Shown here piece after piece: positions 1 to 13,563 of a stretch of DNA of 64,000 nt; positions within the stretch are counted from its first letter, which is position 1; every line of letters begins with the position of its first letter. Origin of the DNA: the human T2T-CHM13v2.0 reference genome, Homo sapiens; the NCBI RefSeq assembly GCF_009914755.1, contig NC_060926.1. The stretch is one strand, 5' to 3'. The position numbers and the translations under genes are program-made. The notes under the pieces are model-generated. The model ran no database searches. It worked only from the letters and a program-made list of their open reading frames with translations, and was not told the origin of the DNA.

Positions 1-1769
1 CAGCAATATGGACAGTAAGTCTATTGGGACTTACTGGAAGGGGAATGCAGATGTTGATCAAGAAAAATGTCCTTTTCTGGCATTCTGCAATTATAAATAC
101 TTGATGAAGTGAACTGAATTGAACTTCTCCCTCTGCTATATTAATTTGGCATGCATATGGAGAAAAGTTATTTCAAAGTCAAGTAGTAGAAAAAAATCCT
201 CTACATAGCGGTTACCATATGTAGTATTTAGACAGCTCATCAGCTTTCAAAACGCATGTGGTAGTACTTTACAATCAACACCTACCCCCTGAATCTAGTA
301 TGTTCATCGTTTCTTAAAGGCCCTAATTGTATTTTCAAATTCCAGACTTTGTTTACTCTTTATTCACATATGAAATGTCTGTCTCCAATTCTAAACTTGT
401 AGGATCTATTTTGACTTAAGGTTCAACTCATGCAATTAGAGTTAGATGGTGTTGCAGGTAAAAGGGGTCTTAGAAAAGGGAATTGAAATTCATTCAGAGC
501 TTTTTCTATACAAGTCACTGGTTCCAGGAGTTTGAAAAATGCTCTTATTACTACCACCACTAGAATCATTGTTACCATTGATGGGAAAGTTAGTTGTGTA
601 TATTTCTAATTTAATACTCAAAATAGCTCTATTGGGTAGATAGTATCATCCCTTCTTGTATCTGGGGAATAAGTCCTGTTCAACATCACACAACTCATCG
701 TGGTAGAGATGGTATTTGCAAACAGGTCCATCGGAACCCTAAAGTCAGGCTCTTCCGCTGTCTGTAACCATCTTTTGTGCTTCTGCTTTGATTTGGAAGG
801 CTGATTTTTTTGCTGTAACATGCATTTCTCATCAAAACACCCGCAATATTTACTGTGTGTGCCACTTACTTGACATTTTCTTCTCTGTATTCTCTGTTCC
901 ACAGCAAAATTATAACTTCCTTGAGAGAGGAAATGATATTTTCCAAATAGTGCCAATTCTGCTACTTGGCACATATGGGTGCTTAATAAGTGCCTTTTGT
1001 TGAACATAATAGTTAACCTAAGCATCCATGTAAAAAAAAGGGCAAGTATTCTCTATATTTTTTAAAAAGAAGAACGGACCCAAAGTGGAAGGACTCTTAC
1101 TGAAGAGAAGAAAAAGATAAAATCACATTTTTACATTTCTCCACTTTTTATTTTCACCTTTCTACCTCTTCACTATAATTTCAAACATGCTTATATGTTG
1201 AGTTTTATTTCTTTTTATATTGTTTTATACTGGGAGCTACATATAAGTGGTTGCTCTAATATTATTTTAATTCGTTAAACAAAAAATGAGATACCGCCAA
1301 AAAAGGCATTTGATGCTTATGTATTTTATGATGACAAAAAGCATTTTAAAATGTGAGTGGGTGTCTAGCACAGGTTGATTGTGTTCTTTTTCATTTAGTT
1401 TTACATTAACATTTTATCCAGAGGGGATTCATTAGGTTTTTGCCACTGAATTACAGGCACTTTTTAGTTTCCTTGTTTTACCTACTGTTAAAAATGCAAT
1501 TGTAGCTGTTCTTAACCTTAACACTGCTTGGCTTTTCTTTAAATATTTTAAACTGAAAACTGTCATAAAAGCCCTTAAAAATTGAACCAGCCTCCAATAC
1601 AAGCAAAGGTTTAGCTTCTTTTCTCGTCTCCTTCACAGAAATGAAATCTGTATTCAGGATGTAACGCTTCTTCTGAAGTGCTTGGAGAATCAGAGAGAAT
1701 GGCCCATTTTCATTTTAATGAATCATGCTGGAGAATAAATTTACATGATGTTAATACTGAGACCTGGAG

Positions 1770-1900
1770 ATGGTATGGTATAATGCTCATAATAAAGGAT
1801 TTAGGAACCATGACAGTTCTGGGGTATGAATTCTGGTAAGCCACTCATGTGTGACTTTGGATAAGTTCCTTGAGCTCACAGTTCCTCAGTAAATTGAGAT
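1770..1900 (+). mobile_element. MIR SINE fragment
   Basis: Degenerate MIR core 'tgtgtgactttggataagttccttgagctcacagttcctcagtaaa'. Confidence 0.6.
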
Positions 1901-2529
1901 GGAATGCTGGGGAGAGGCAGCACATTCGGCGAGGCCAAAATGAGATAAACAAGGTATCAGGGCTTTACTCTCCATATGCACCCTGGCATTTTCTGCACAT
2001 CAAACAGCACCACATAGTCGGGCATCACTCACTGTGGGTTATTTAAATGAATCTGACAGCAGCTGAAAGGCCTTGCTCCTAAAGATGGCAAGGCATGATC
2101 CCATCCCAGGCAGCCATATGAAGAGATAAACTGGGAGGGTGCAAACCTCAAAACAGTGTGCTTGGTTCCATCTCGCTATCTCAACTATGAAATCTTCTGC
2201 ACTCTATATCTAATAACCACATTAAAGAGGAATGTGATGAAGAAATCCATATCTATGGAGATAGAAAGTGAACTCTTAGAAGCAGGAAAAAAAAAAAAAC
2301 CACAAAAGAGGTAATTTCAGAATTCAGTAAACAAAGTCAGGTCAGAGAAACCTAGCATACAAATGTACAAATCTGATCACGAAGCTCTTAAGAGAGGACT
2401 TTCACCATCATCTCACAGGAGCATTGACTAATCATGCAATTAGTATTCTAGAGAACTCTGCATTTCAAAGGATATATTCATATAGACAGGATTCATTTCC
2501 CAAAAGCGAAGAAGAGCAACTTCAAAATG

Positions 2530-2640
2530 CTGCTATGATCTTTAGTAAATCCTTACCTTTTTCTGTGTGTCAATTCCCTCATTAGGAAAACCAACTCCCA
2601 TCAATACTATAGGCCATTGCAAAGATCAAAGGCATTATAG
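2530..2640 (+). mobile_element. MIR SINE fragment
   Basis: 'gctatgatctttagtaaatccttacctttttctgtgtgtcaattccctcattaggaaa' resembles the MIR core. Confidence 0.55.
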
Positions 2641-5299
2641 GAAAGATGAAATTTGTTATTTTGTGTAAATCTGTATCTTCGGCCATTAATGATATTAGGG
2701 AAAGGCAATTATTTAATAATAGTTGGCTAGAGGACTCATTGATATCTGTCCACAACTGATAGCATCTAAGCTTTTGGCATATCCGGTTGTTGGTTGACTT
2801 ATTTTTGCCTTCATAATTCTATGCAATACCAGTGAGCCACTATAAAGTCTATATAAAAGCACATTTCAAGGTTTGTTTTCCTCCACAAATAATATGCGTA
2901 AAGATAACTGCAATTATCCTGTAATTTAACCTGATTTCTTTAGAAAATAATATCCTTCTGACAAGGTTTTTGTCTTGAGTCAAGGTTTATGTAGATGTCT
3001 ACCAAATCCCTGATTATGGAAATTGCTTACAATTTGGATGCCCATGAAATATTCCTGTTGTAATTCCCATCTCTTTTGTTGTGCATGCTTTGTAGTATGT
3101 ATTACCTTGGTAACACTTCAAAAAAGGTAAAGGGCTGTTAGATGAGAGATGAGGTGGTGTTCATGGGTCATAAGTTTGGGTTATAAAAAAAGTTCATAGT
3201 AATAATCAAACTTTATGATCCATCTACCTTGTGGTAGGTGCCAAGCTAATACAAAACAAGACAAATCTCTTACCCAGGGGACAAGCAACCTTAGGTTCAC
3301 ACGTCTTTAATTCATTGTGGAATATACTTCCTATTGTTTTTGGCCTACATGCAACCTCTCAAGACACTTGCTTTGAAATATTTTTATTTTGTTAGCATAT
3401 AGTGTTGCAATTTAAACATGGTAGGAAAATACATTAAAAGCCAATTTTCCCTTTTGACTTATGTATAATAAAAGTTAGGCATCATTTGCTAGATTGGATT
3501 TAAGAAGAAAATAATTGAAGTATATATCTTTTCAACATTAAAAAATTTCACCTCAGACATTAAATTATATTCTCAATTTATAAAGCCATAAAAAGATATT
3601 TGTATTTAATATATTATATATTTATTGTAAATATTGATTTATATAAATTATGTATTTATTATAAACAAATATACTTATTTATACCCTACTCTGGGAAGGA
3701 GCTCCAGGAAAAAAATCCAGTTAACTAATCTATGAGGAGGGTTTTGTCTGTTCATTCAGAAAAACGATAGAGTAATTCATTCACTATGTCTTAACTTTGC
3801 AAGATATTTAATCCCCAACCATGATGGCTTTTAGGAAGTACATGCAACACCTAGTGAAAAAAAACAGCCTACAATTTAATTCAATACAGTGCCAGGGTTG
3901 CGGAAATCATAAGTTGGAGGGAAGACAACATTCAGCTTAAAAAGAGGAGAGAAATCTGAGGAATTAATATTGGTCCTGAAGTGTGTGGGTTTCACTTTCT
4001 TATAGCATCCTGGGTCCCAACAGTACAGTGAAAAATCACCTTAGGGGTAGTATTTACAGCTGCAAGAATTACCTGAGGGGCTCGAGTTTAGAGACAGCCC
4101 GTCAAATCTTTGTTTGTTTAAAAAGCCTAAGGCATACTGCCAAATTGGTTAAATGTACCATGTCTGAATTCACTCAAGCATGTTACCACAGTGAAATTAA
4201 AGAAGAAATGAAAAGGGAGCTGATCCGTTATAACTAGATACAATAAATGAGACTCAAGATTATATTATAAACTTTACTATGTTTAATGTACAGTGGGTGT
4301 GACACTGACAAATGCTCTTCTGAGGAAGTTCTCTATATCATACTCATACTTGACTGACTCAGATCCCTGTACTGTCTGTTGACTCCTCTGTTAATACCTT
4401 TAAGAAGAAAACCATAATATTATATATTTTGGCTATACAACATTTGAATATAAAAGGTGAAATAATGTGTTTATTAAACCAAAAGTAAATTTACTTATAA
4501 AGAATTAAATGCTGGGAGGCAATATTTACTACAATTAGTTCCTGCTCCTCCCCTTGAGCAAAACACTAATTTAGAAAAGGCAAACTCTTTTCAGTGTGGT
4601 TCATAGCCCTCCAGCTGCCTGGTTTACTAAGAAACTGCAGCATTTCAGTGTCAGGTTTTTTTGTCGGTAACTCAACAGTGAGAAAACAGTTTCTTTGTAG
4701 GGCCTCTGAATATAGACATCAATTTTATCACTTTCTAGAAATTTACCATAAGCTCATATCAAATAGTTATTTTTTTTTTCTAGCACATCCAAGGAAGCTA
4801 AATTGTGCCCACAGGTAAGAAAAGACTGAATCCATGAAGGGATGTAGAAGACTAACAGGGAGGTGGGAAAGGGAGTCTCACACTGCCTTTACTAACACTG
4901 ACTATTTACATGGACTATTAACGTTGACTATGTCCAATAGCTGGGGAAATATGCGGTCGATGGATTTTTAGCTGATGGAGTGTCTGCATTTTTCCAAATC
5001 ACCTCTGTGAATTTGCAAAGAGGGCCGGGTGTCACCTGACCTGACTGGCAGAAGCAATGAGCAACACTTAGGTCAGGGGAGTTGACTTTAACATTATGGG
5101 CACCACTATAGCGATGGTGTCAGCATAAGCTGCTACAAATGAAACGATATGCAGAATATAGTGCAAAATTGAATCAATTATCCTGTATTTTCTGAAATAC
5201 TCATGTATTCTTTGCTCTCTAGGCAAACCCAAGTATTCAAGTTTGTTCCCTATTCATATTTCATGTTTTCCCACCTTTTAATCTTTTAATTCATGCTAT

Positions 5300-5640
5300 T
5301 CCTTTTGCCTAAAATTGGTTTCTTTTCTTCTGCCGTCCCTAAATGTCCAAAGCCTATCACATACATTTCAAAAACCACCTCCAAAATACCTTCTGTTCTT
5401 AGCCTTTCACCTACCCTTGTCCCTTCTTACAGAAGTCTTTCTCTTCTGAGCTCTGAAATAATTTAATCTGCCTAGCTCAAGCTATTAATCATGTTCACCC
5501 CAGTTACAGGGTTAATTATGGGTATGTGGTCCCATAAATATCAATAAACTCTTTGAGGATGGAATCTGTATCTAATTGATATTTGTATCTCTTAAGCCAC
5601 TTTCCATAGGAGGTACTCAGTAGACATTTGTCTGGTAAGT
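5300..5640 (+). mobile_element. L2 LINE 3' end
   Basis: 'taaactctttgaggatggaatctgtatc...tttgtatctc...ataggaggtactcagtagacatttg' resembles the L2 3' terminus. Confidence 0.6.
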
Positions 5641-6264
5641 ACACTTATTGAAAATCAAGACAAAAGTGACGCTTGGGGATTGAATTGCTCCAATTCAGCT
5701 AATTGCTCCATTTTTTTCACTGAATTAGGGTACCTAGACAAAGCTCTTGCTCCCTAGGCTCCAGCACAGTCTTTCCTAACCTCTTTTCCCTTTATTTTTA
5801 AATCCCTTTAGGCTCAGGAAAGGCCTTTTTCCTCAATCCCACCCAAGCATCCTCCTACTTGACCTAGTTATTTGATAGAAGAATTAGGTAAGCAGCCTAG
5901 GGACCAAACAATCTTAGTCTTTTTTTCCCCCCAAAGGTTTGGATGACTGAATATTGCTCTCTAGGCAGCAGATAATTTTGCTCTTGAAATTCTGTGATAA
6001 CTCCAGAGAGTGCAGGATCTCAGAGAACAGACTCTCCCCACTCTTTTTGAGTGGGTCTTAAAGTCAGCACCCAACTTCTGGAGTAAAACCCTTAGAATCT
6101 TTGACAGTCTTCATGTATTTCTCCATACCCACAGAGTCCTGACCATTTTTTCGTGAGAACAGCATCTGCAATTTGGGTCTACCTCTGGGTTCCCACAGCC
6201 ACCATCCTAGACTGAACCTGCATGTAGCCACTATTTGCACTGTAGCCGACACACAGTCATGTCA

Positions 6265-6455
6265 CCAGGCTTCAGACCAAGTTATTCCTCTTCCAAGCTG
6301 TATGACTTTACGTAACCTCTTTAAGGTTTTGTTTTCTCATCTGTAAAATGGGGACCATAACTCTTTACATAACTTTACAGAATTGCTGAGAAGGTTAAAT
6401 AAGAAAAGACATATAAATCATGTAGCACAATGTCTGGAGCACAGTAACCCTTAAA
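6265..6455 (+). mobile_element. MIR SINE
   Basis: 'ttttctcatctgtaaaatgggga...gagaaggttaaataag...tagcacaatgtctgg' is the MIR core plus 3' part. Confidence 0.8.
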
Positions 6456-6519
6456 CTTAAGAAATGGTCTTATCTGTTCCCCTCATAAGCATATTCTTTT
6501 CTCCACGCATTGACTTCCC

Positions 6520-6848
6520 TATGTAAGATGACTTCTCTTCTCTTTTCTTGAGAATTCTATCCATCCACCAGTTGACTGCAATGATGTTCTACATCATTCT
6601 ATCCATAATTGATCTGCTTCTCTTTTCTGTAAGCATCACTTCACTTATTTTCTATAGCATACAAATTAGAAATGGTATATATTATTTTGCATTCTTTCCT
6701 CTTGCCTTATGAATGATAAACTTGACTGTAAAATCTTTCAGATTGGGGTCATAGTTTATGGTCAAGTGTGCCTTGGCCTAGTGGTGCCTAGCCTAGTGCT
6801 ATCATATAAAAAGTAAACAATAAACATGTATTGGCTCAACAACTGAAG
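6520..6848 (+). mobile_element. L2 LINE 3' end
   Basis: 'gactgtaaaatctttcag...gtgcctagcctagtgct...caataaacatgtattgg' resembles the L2 terminus. Confidence 0.6.
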
Positions 6849-9119
6849 GAAATGCTGAAAGACAAAAATTGTAGATTCTTTAGTGGAGTGACTGAGTTTT
6901 TCCAGAATTTTTTATGATTGTCTGTTTTATTAATTTTAAGTGTGGAAAAAATGTACTAGTCCATTCATAAAGTCCTTTGGCATCATGACATGTCTTTAAT
7001 CTTCAGTAGTTAAATATCATCACAGTCAAATGCAGTGATATAATAAAAAGCAATCTATTATCATAATAAATTGCCAGGAGGACAATCAGTCAAAATGGCA
7101 GTTCCCTGACATCTTGCCATCCCTAGTCTCCCTCCACAATGTGTGACATGAGCTAATTTTTATGTTTTCTGTATGAAAGGAATCATGGAAATCTGATCAT
7201 TGATGTAGGAGCACCAGGAATAGCTTATATAATATGTCAAATTTGCCCATTGTATTCAGGATGCAACTCAGATGTAGGCATTTGTATTCAAATTTAGTAC
7301 AGCGTTAATCAATTTGGAAAATACCTGTCTTCATGGTCCAAATGCCACAGGTAGTTGAACAGCCAAATCAGTGTAAGACATTGAACAGAGCAGGTATGAT
7401 GGCCCAAGAGTCTCATTAGTTATATGTGGATTTTTTATAGGATAAGAAAGACTTCATTGCTCTGACAAGAAGTTATTCATCTACATCTTAAAACTGGCAA
7501 GACATTACAATTTCATGGTTCTATTCCTGTCACTAGGCATGCCACGAACTCTAATGCTCCACTGATGTGTTGAAAATATTACACGTGGGAGATGGTGAAA
7601 GCAGCATCTGTCTCACACACTCAAGCTGCCTGCTCTTTCACCTCCAGTCCTCTGGACATTGTTGTCAACTCTCAGCTCCCCAGATTCCTACTCCAAGTAG
7701 TATCACGTCTGCTGCCAGGCTTAGCGATTCTCTCCAGGCAACTTATGGCAGTACTTGTGGTACTTCCCCCGTGTGTATCTGTTTAATGCTTTGATGGTTG
7801 TTTAATGGCTCCTCTCAAACACCTATTCGTGAATGACAGGGTTATAAATCCCAGCATAAGCGAAAGTCACACAGTAGCAGAAACATCAGGGAAATCACAG
7901 AGATGATCAGGACATTAGATCAGTTACCTGAACAGTTATGCTCAATACCCTCCTCCCCTGCCCCTAACTCCCCTTTACATTCCCAGGACACCTACTAAAT
8001 TTGCAATTGCACAAAGGAAAGAAAAGCGTTGAATATTTGCTTTCTAAAAGAGAGAAAGAAAAACAATATTTACTTCCTTTGCTTGTCTGCAATCAAGTAA
8101 GAAGCTTATTCATGCATTTTAAATTAAACCCTTATTTTAATAGCTAAACACAAAGAGCAAACACTCAGAAAGTGGACTGTCTCTGTAACATTTGCTGGGA
8201 GAATTTTGCATGCTATAGTTGGCATTGTGGTTTTATTACGTCACTTTATGGGCAGTAAGATTAGTTTTTTTTTTCAAGTGCAATTTATCTGAAGGAAAAT
8301 ATTAATTTGGAGGTTATTATCACAGTACTGAATTTCAATGTAATTCTCCAACTCATTAAAAGCTATGAACTGCTATGTGCCTTTTATGCCAAAATATCCA
8401 AAACTGGAGTGAAAGGATGGGGATAAAATTCCTAAAGGGCAGTGACACCTAGGTGCTGAAACCCTGTCCTCACTCCAGGAGACGTGTATTGCTGCCTCTT
8501 CAGAAGGATTTTTCTTTTATGTTAGTGTGACTACTTCCTCTTAAAAGTTTTAAAAACATACAGCGGCTTGCTTTCTTCATCAGAAACTTAAACAACTGAT
8601 GTCTAGGTACTTGCCCAGGATTTGAACCCTTAACTAACAGCTCTTTCCCTCAATAAAGCTCAGTAACAAAAATAATATTTCCAGAAGACTGGCTAGATAT
8701 TATATTCAAGGGACAATTCCTATTGTATTCAGTGTGATCCTTTCTCCTATTTCTGATTGAATGAGTGGAAAAAAAATGGAATCACAATAAAGTTTTCACA
8801 ATAAAGTTTTATATTGCTACTCAGAAACTCTCTCCAATATTCTCCTTCATTTATTTTCCTATGTGAAGGGTTTTCTATATTTATTTTCAAATATACAGGC
8901 TTCCTTTATATTACCATATGAGAATTTACATTTAACAAGTATGTGGTACACAAAGATACTTTATAGATTATTTAAAATTTTAAAAAGAAATCTGGTGACT
9001 ATAAAAACTGCCAAAAAAATGATGTTCCATATTTTACAGGGATCTTCAGTGCTCCCAACAACAATATATATTTTTTCATTGATTTAGGACTGGCTGGGAA
9101 GGAAGTTTGTATTGAACGC

Positions 9120-9600
9120 TATAGTAGGCAGAATAATGGCCTCTCAAAGATGGCCACATCCTAATCCCCAGAATCTATAAATATGTTATCTTACATGGCA
9201 AAAGCATTCTTGCTGATGTGAGTAAGGACTTTGAGATGGGAAGAATATCTTTGAGTATCTGGTTGGGCTCAATGTAATTACAAGGGTCCTTGTAAGAAGG
9301 GGGCAGCAGATCAAGTGAGTAGAAGGTGATGTGAAGAAAGGAGCAGAGAGGGAAAAGGCATTGGGATGAAGGGCTATGAACCAAGGAATGGGGGTGACTT
9401 CTAGAAGCTGAAAAAGGCAAAAACACAAATTCTCTCCTATAGCATCAATAAGGAATGCAGCCCTTCCCACACGTTAATACTCGCCCTGTAAGATTCATTT
9501 TGGACTTCTGACATCCGGGGCTATAAGACAATAGAGTTGTCTTGTTTTAACCCACTAGGTTTATGGTAATTTATTACAGCAATAATAGAAAACCAATATA
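9120..9600 (+). mobile_element. MaLR solo LTR, MLT1D-like
   Basis: Begins 'tatagtaggcagaataatggcctctcaaagatggccacatcctaatcccc' and ends 'ggtaatttattacagcaataatagaaaaccaatata', matching recalled MLT1D termini; about 480 bp. Confidence 0.85.
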
Positions 9601-10400
9601 GACCCCCAAATTAAGAGTTTAATTAGAAACCTTCTCTTGATATTTCTCCAGCTGGCCTTTGTTGGGCAGATGCCCATCTCTGCTGTCTGTTGAGCTGTTC
9701 TCTTTTAGCTTTATTTGTAGATATCATTTAAGACAGATGCTCTCCTTACCCAGTGTGTCCCTGATCTCTTGCAGCTCACATTTTACTGGGAAGAAATAGA
9801 TGTTACACAAATGTTGGTAGATGATAAAGCAGGTAGTAAGACAAATAAAACAAGGAGATAGTGATGTTTTAGTGCTATGTATTTATTTCGAGGTAGTATT
9901 TGATCTGGTTTAATAACTTTTTTCAAGAATACATCTCAAATTCTGTTTCTATGTTCTTATAAATTATTTGTCCACAAAAGAGGGTTCATTTGGGACTCCC
10001 AAACAGACTCTTTCTTGTTTCAATAATATCCCATCTCTCATCACATATTAGAAAGCTAGGTGTTCCTTATTTTTAAAACGTAGCCATAATTAGCCATGTA
10101 GAAAATAGTACAAGAAACATTTGGATGCAAGTGCCAAATCTGAATTCCAAGACTTCAACAGCGTAAGATATTTCTATCCTCTTTCTTTGAAGTTGCTGAA
10201 TGAGAACCAGACAAAAGAGACGGCACCAGGAATCTCCATAGAAAATTGTATCATCTGATAATGAGTAGACCCCGGCCCAATCAGACCTTATTTGCCACTT
10301 CTAGATCCACTGCTGTGATTTTAGGGTTGAAACCCAAGGTAAAAGCCTTTGTGATTACGTTTAAACCTGGAGAACTCCAATGTTAAAAGGAATATATTTC

Positions 10401-10493
10401 TTAAAAAAAAAAAGAAAAAGAAGAGGGAAAAGAACAGTAAGAAGACAAGACTAGAAATCAAAAGAAAAAAAAGCGAAGTGAAAGGAAAAGAAA
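10401..10493. repeat. A/G-rich low-complexity purine tract
   Basis: Poly-A followed by about 80 bp of mostly A/G. Confidence 0.8.
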
Positions 10494-11078
10494 CTTGCGT
10501 TTTCATCTAAGTTGAGGCTGGTCTTAGAGACACATGGATCCATGTTGCTATGGCCAGGATTAGGTTTTTGTTGTGTTTTCTCACGCCTGTGGGTTGTTTA
10601 TAGATTCACAGTATTAGCAGTAAAGTTCTGATAATTCTCTACATTGTCACATTTTAATGTGGTTACTTTTGGATGTACTTATTATTAATTTGGTTTGAAT
10701 GAAGCTTATCCACTTTATTTAAATATGTGTTTGAAAAGGAGAAATGTTGAGATACTTCATTCTGGTTGAAGTTTTTGAGTCTGTCAGCTTAGACTGAGAG
10801 GGTTGAGTACAATTGTGGCTTACAACACAGATAAAAGTTGAATGCTATACAACTTTTATTATCATGCTCCTCATGTTTCTTTGCATTTGTTCTCATTTTA
10901 ATGTGTGATGCAGCTTCTCAACCTACTTGTATTCCACGTGATGTACATACAGCTAGGTTTCAAAGGCACTGACCCAAACGCATTTCAAGTGGTAACTGAA
11001 TACTCTCAATAAAATTCTACCAGAGGCCAATGGTAGAAAATATTCTACCAGAGGCCAGAGGACAAAATATTCTTAGCA

Positions 11079-11104
11079 GTGTGTGTGTGTGTGTTTGTGT
11101 GTGT
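11079..11104. repeat. (GT)n microsatellite, interrupted
   Basis: gtgtgtgtgtgtgtgtttgtgtgtgt. Confidence 0.9.
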
Positions 11105-11838
11105 TTGGTCAATCTACACACCTCAATTTTTACCCTCTCTTAAGCTATTTGTGGCTGAAGAGGATGCCCTCGGAGAGAAAAAAAACAAATATTTTCAAAC
11201 TTGATGAAAGAAGTCTCTTCTTAAACCAGTCTATCTATATGTGATCAGAGATCATGTTTGAAAATTTAGTCGAATTTTATTTATACTTGGTTGACACCCT
11301 TTAAATGAAGCCTGTGATTTTAATGTTTGATTAAGAAAGTATTTGGAAACATGCTTCCTCTCCTCTAGTAACTGTTAAATTCACCTTAAGAATTATTACA
11401 CTTTCTTTTTCTTGATTTGCAAAGGGCATGATAATCAATAATAACTGTAAAATAATATAGAACAATTAGTTTTTCTTGCATGTTCACAATTTGTGTTGAC
11501 ATCAGTTGGCAATTGTTAGTGTATACATTGGAGAGGGAGCTATTAAGCTTCCAATAATTAAGTTTCAAACTTACTGCTATTTTTAGCAGTTTTTGGCTTT
11601 AAACAAAGGATTTTTGAAAAATTTATATTCCAGCATCCCACTAGCAACAGAAATGGATGTATTCTCCTCTAGAACCCAATGACTAGTTTTTTTTGCCATG
11701 TGGTTCTTAGTTATCCACAGCCAGCTTTCCTTTCTGTGTAGACTGCAGAGTCCTATTAGGCTTCTTCCTTTAGAGTCTACAAATCTAAAGCTTGGAAGGC
11801 AACTTGGGTAAGAGAAAATAGTTGAAGCCATAGAGAAG

Positions 11839-11885
11839 CCTCTCAAATTGCTGGGATTACAGGTGTGAGCTGCCACACCCGGTCC
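11839..11885 (-). mobile_element. Alu 5'-end fragment
   Basis: 'cctctcaaattgctgggattacaggtgtgagctgccacacccggtcc' is the reverse complement of roughly the first 45 nt of Alu. Confidence 0.85.
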
Positions 11886-11887
11886 TA

Positions 11888-12074
<187 letters not shown>

Positions 12075-12179
12075 TAAAATTATACAGTTATGAGAAAACA
12101 CAATAAACCCAAAACTTTTCCTGCAGCAAAAGAAATATAGAAAACAATTATTTCAAACAAAAATAAAGAAACAACAACA

Positions 12180-12345
12180 ACACAAATCCTCATAATACAG
12201 ATAATTTTGTTACTAATTTATTGTAGAGGCAAAGATCAAAAGACTTTCCAAAATGATCCTCATAATAAACTAATGGCAAAGCTAGAAATATCAGTTATTC
12301 AACCTACCACTTCTAAATTCAGGCCTAGTGCTTTCTGCACTCTGG
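12180..12345 (-). mobile_element. MIR SINE fragment
   Basis: 'aatcctcataat...ctaatggcaaagctagaaat...tctaaattcaggcctagtgctttc' is antisense MIR. Confidence 0.55.
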
Positions 12346-13208
12346 GAGCGCAGCTTTTAGTAACTTACTTTAAATATACAATAAATAAGAAATAATTAAC
12401 TGACAAAATATTTAGCAAATAAATAATAAATATACAGCAAATAAAATGTATGTAAGAGAAGTATCCTTCCTAGTTTTTGACATAATCCCTAATTTGAGGT
12501 TAAGATATTAATATATTCAGAGGTCATATGACTAACTTAAAAGATGTTTTGGACATTTGTAGTGGCTTAGTCTTCTGTTATTACCCTTTAAATTGTGAAG
12601 AGGTTTTCATAATGAGAAGTGGTATTATGGGAATTTAAAACACTGCTCTACAGAACACTTACTGGCAGGAAAATGGCATTTGGATGGGTGTTCTACTATG
12701 AAAAACAAAGCGGTTGATATTACTTAACTTTCTCTTCTGCTCAAACTATGACTTGGTCCCCCATTAATGTTACAATGAAATCAATGGAATATTCATTGGG
12801 CCTGTTTCATTTCAAAGGACAGTTTGAGCCTTTTATATAAAGAGATTTTCAACTGAATTAAAAAATTTTATACACATAAATGTAGACGGAGCACTAGTAC
12901 AAAACAACAGACATGTGACTGTATGCTAGATTAATTTTTAGTGATTTAAAGGGTACTATTATAAGAGGTTTCTTTAAAATGTCATTTGGAAATTAATACT
13001 CATTCTACATATAAGAGATATTCCTTGCATGACTGATTTTTTCAATTAATCCTTTATGCCTACAAACAATTTTGTTTTACAAATGAACCCATTATTCTGA
13101 ATATTATTTTAAAAATTTAAAATTGAGTGTATATTTAAATTTCAGTCTTTGTAAAATTAGTTCTAAAACACCAATATATATTTTATGTCCATTTTAGTGC
13201 TATTTCTT

Positions 13209-13563
<355 letters not shown>

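Noticed and set aside
618-1025. 135-aa minus-strand ORF as a gene
   Set aside because: No recognisable domain and no promoter context. Only a 50-nt sub-interval has splice signals, reported separately.
8782-8810. Short tandem duplications (tcacaataaagttt x2; also 51241-51264 and 59519-59541)
   Set aside because: Ordinary slippage duplications with no further structure.
10200-10500. Minus-strand acceptor (ttctccAG near 10368) behind a long pyrimidine tract
   Set aside because: I found no convincing downstream donor or reading frame, and the tract is explained as low-complexity sequence.
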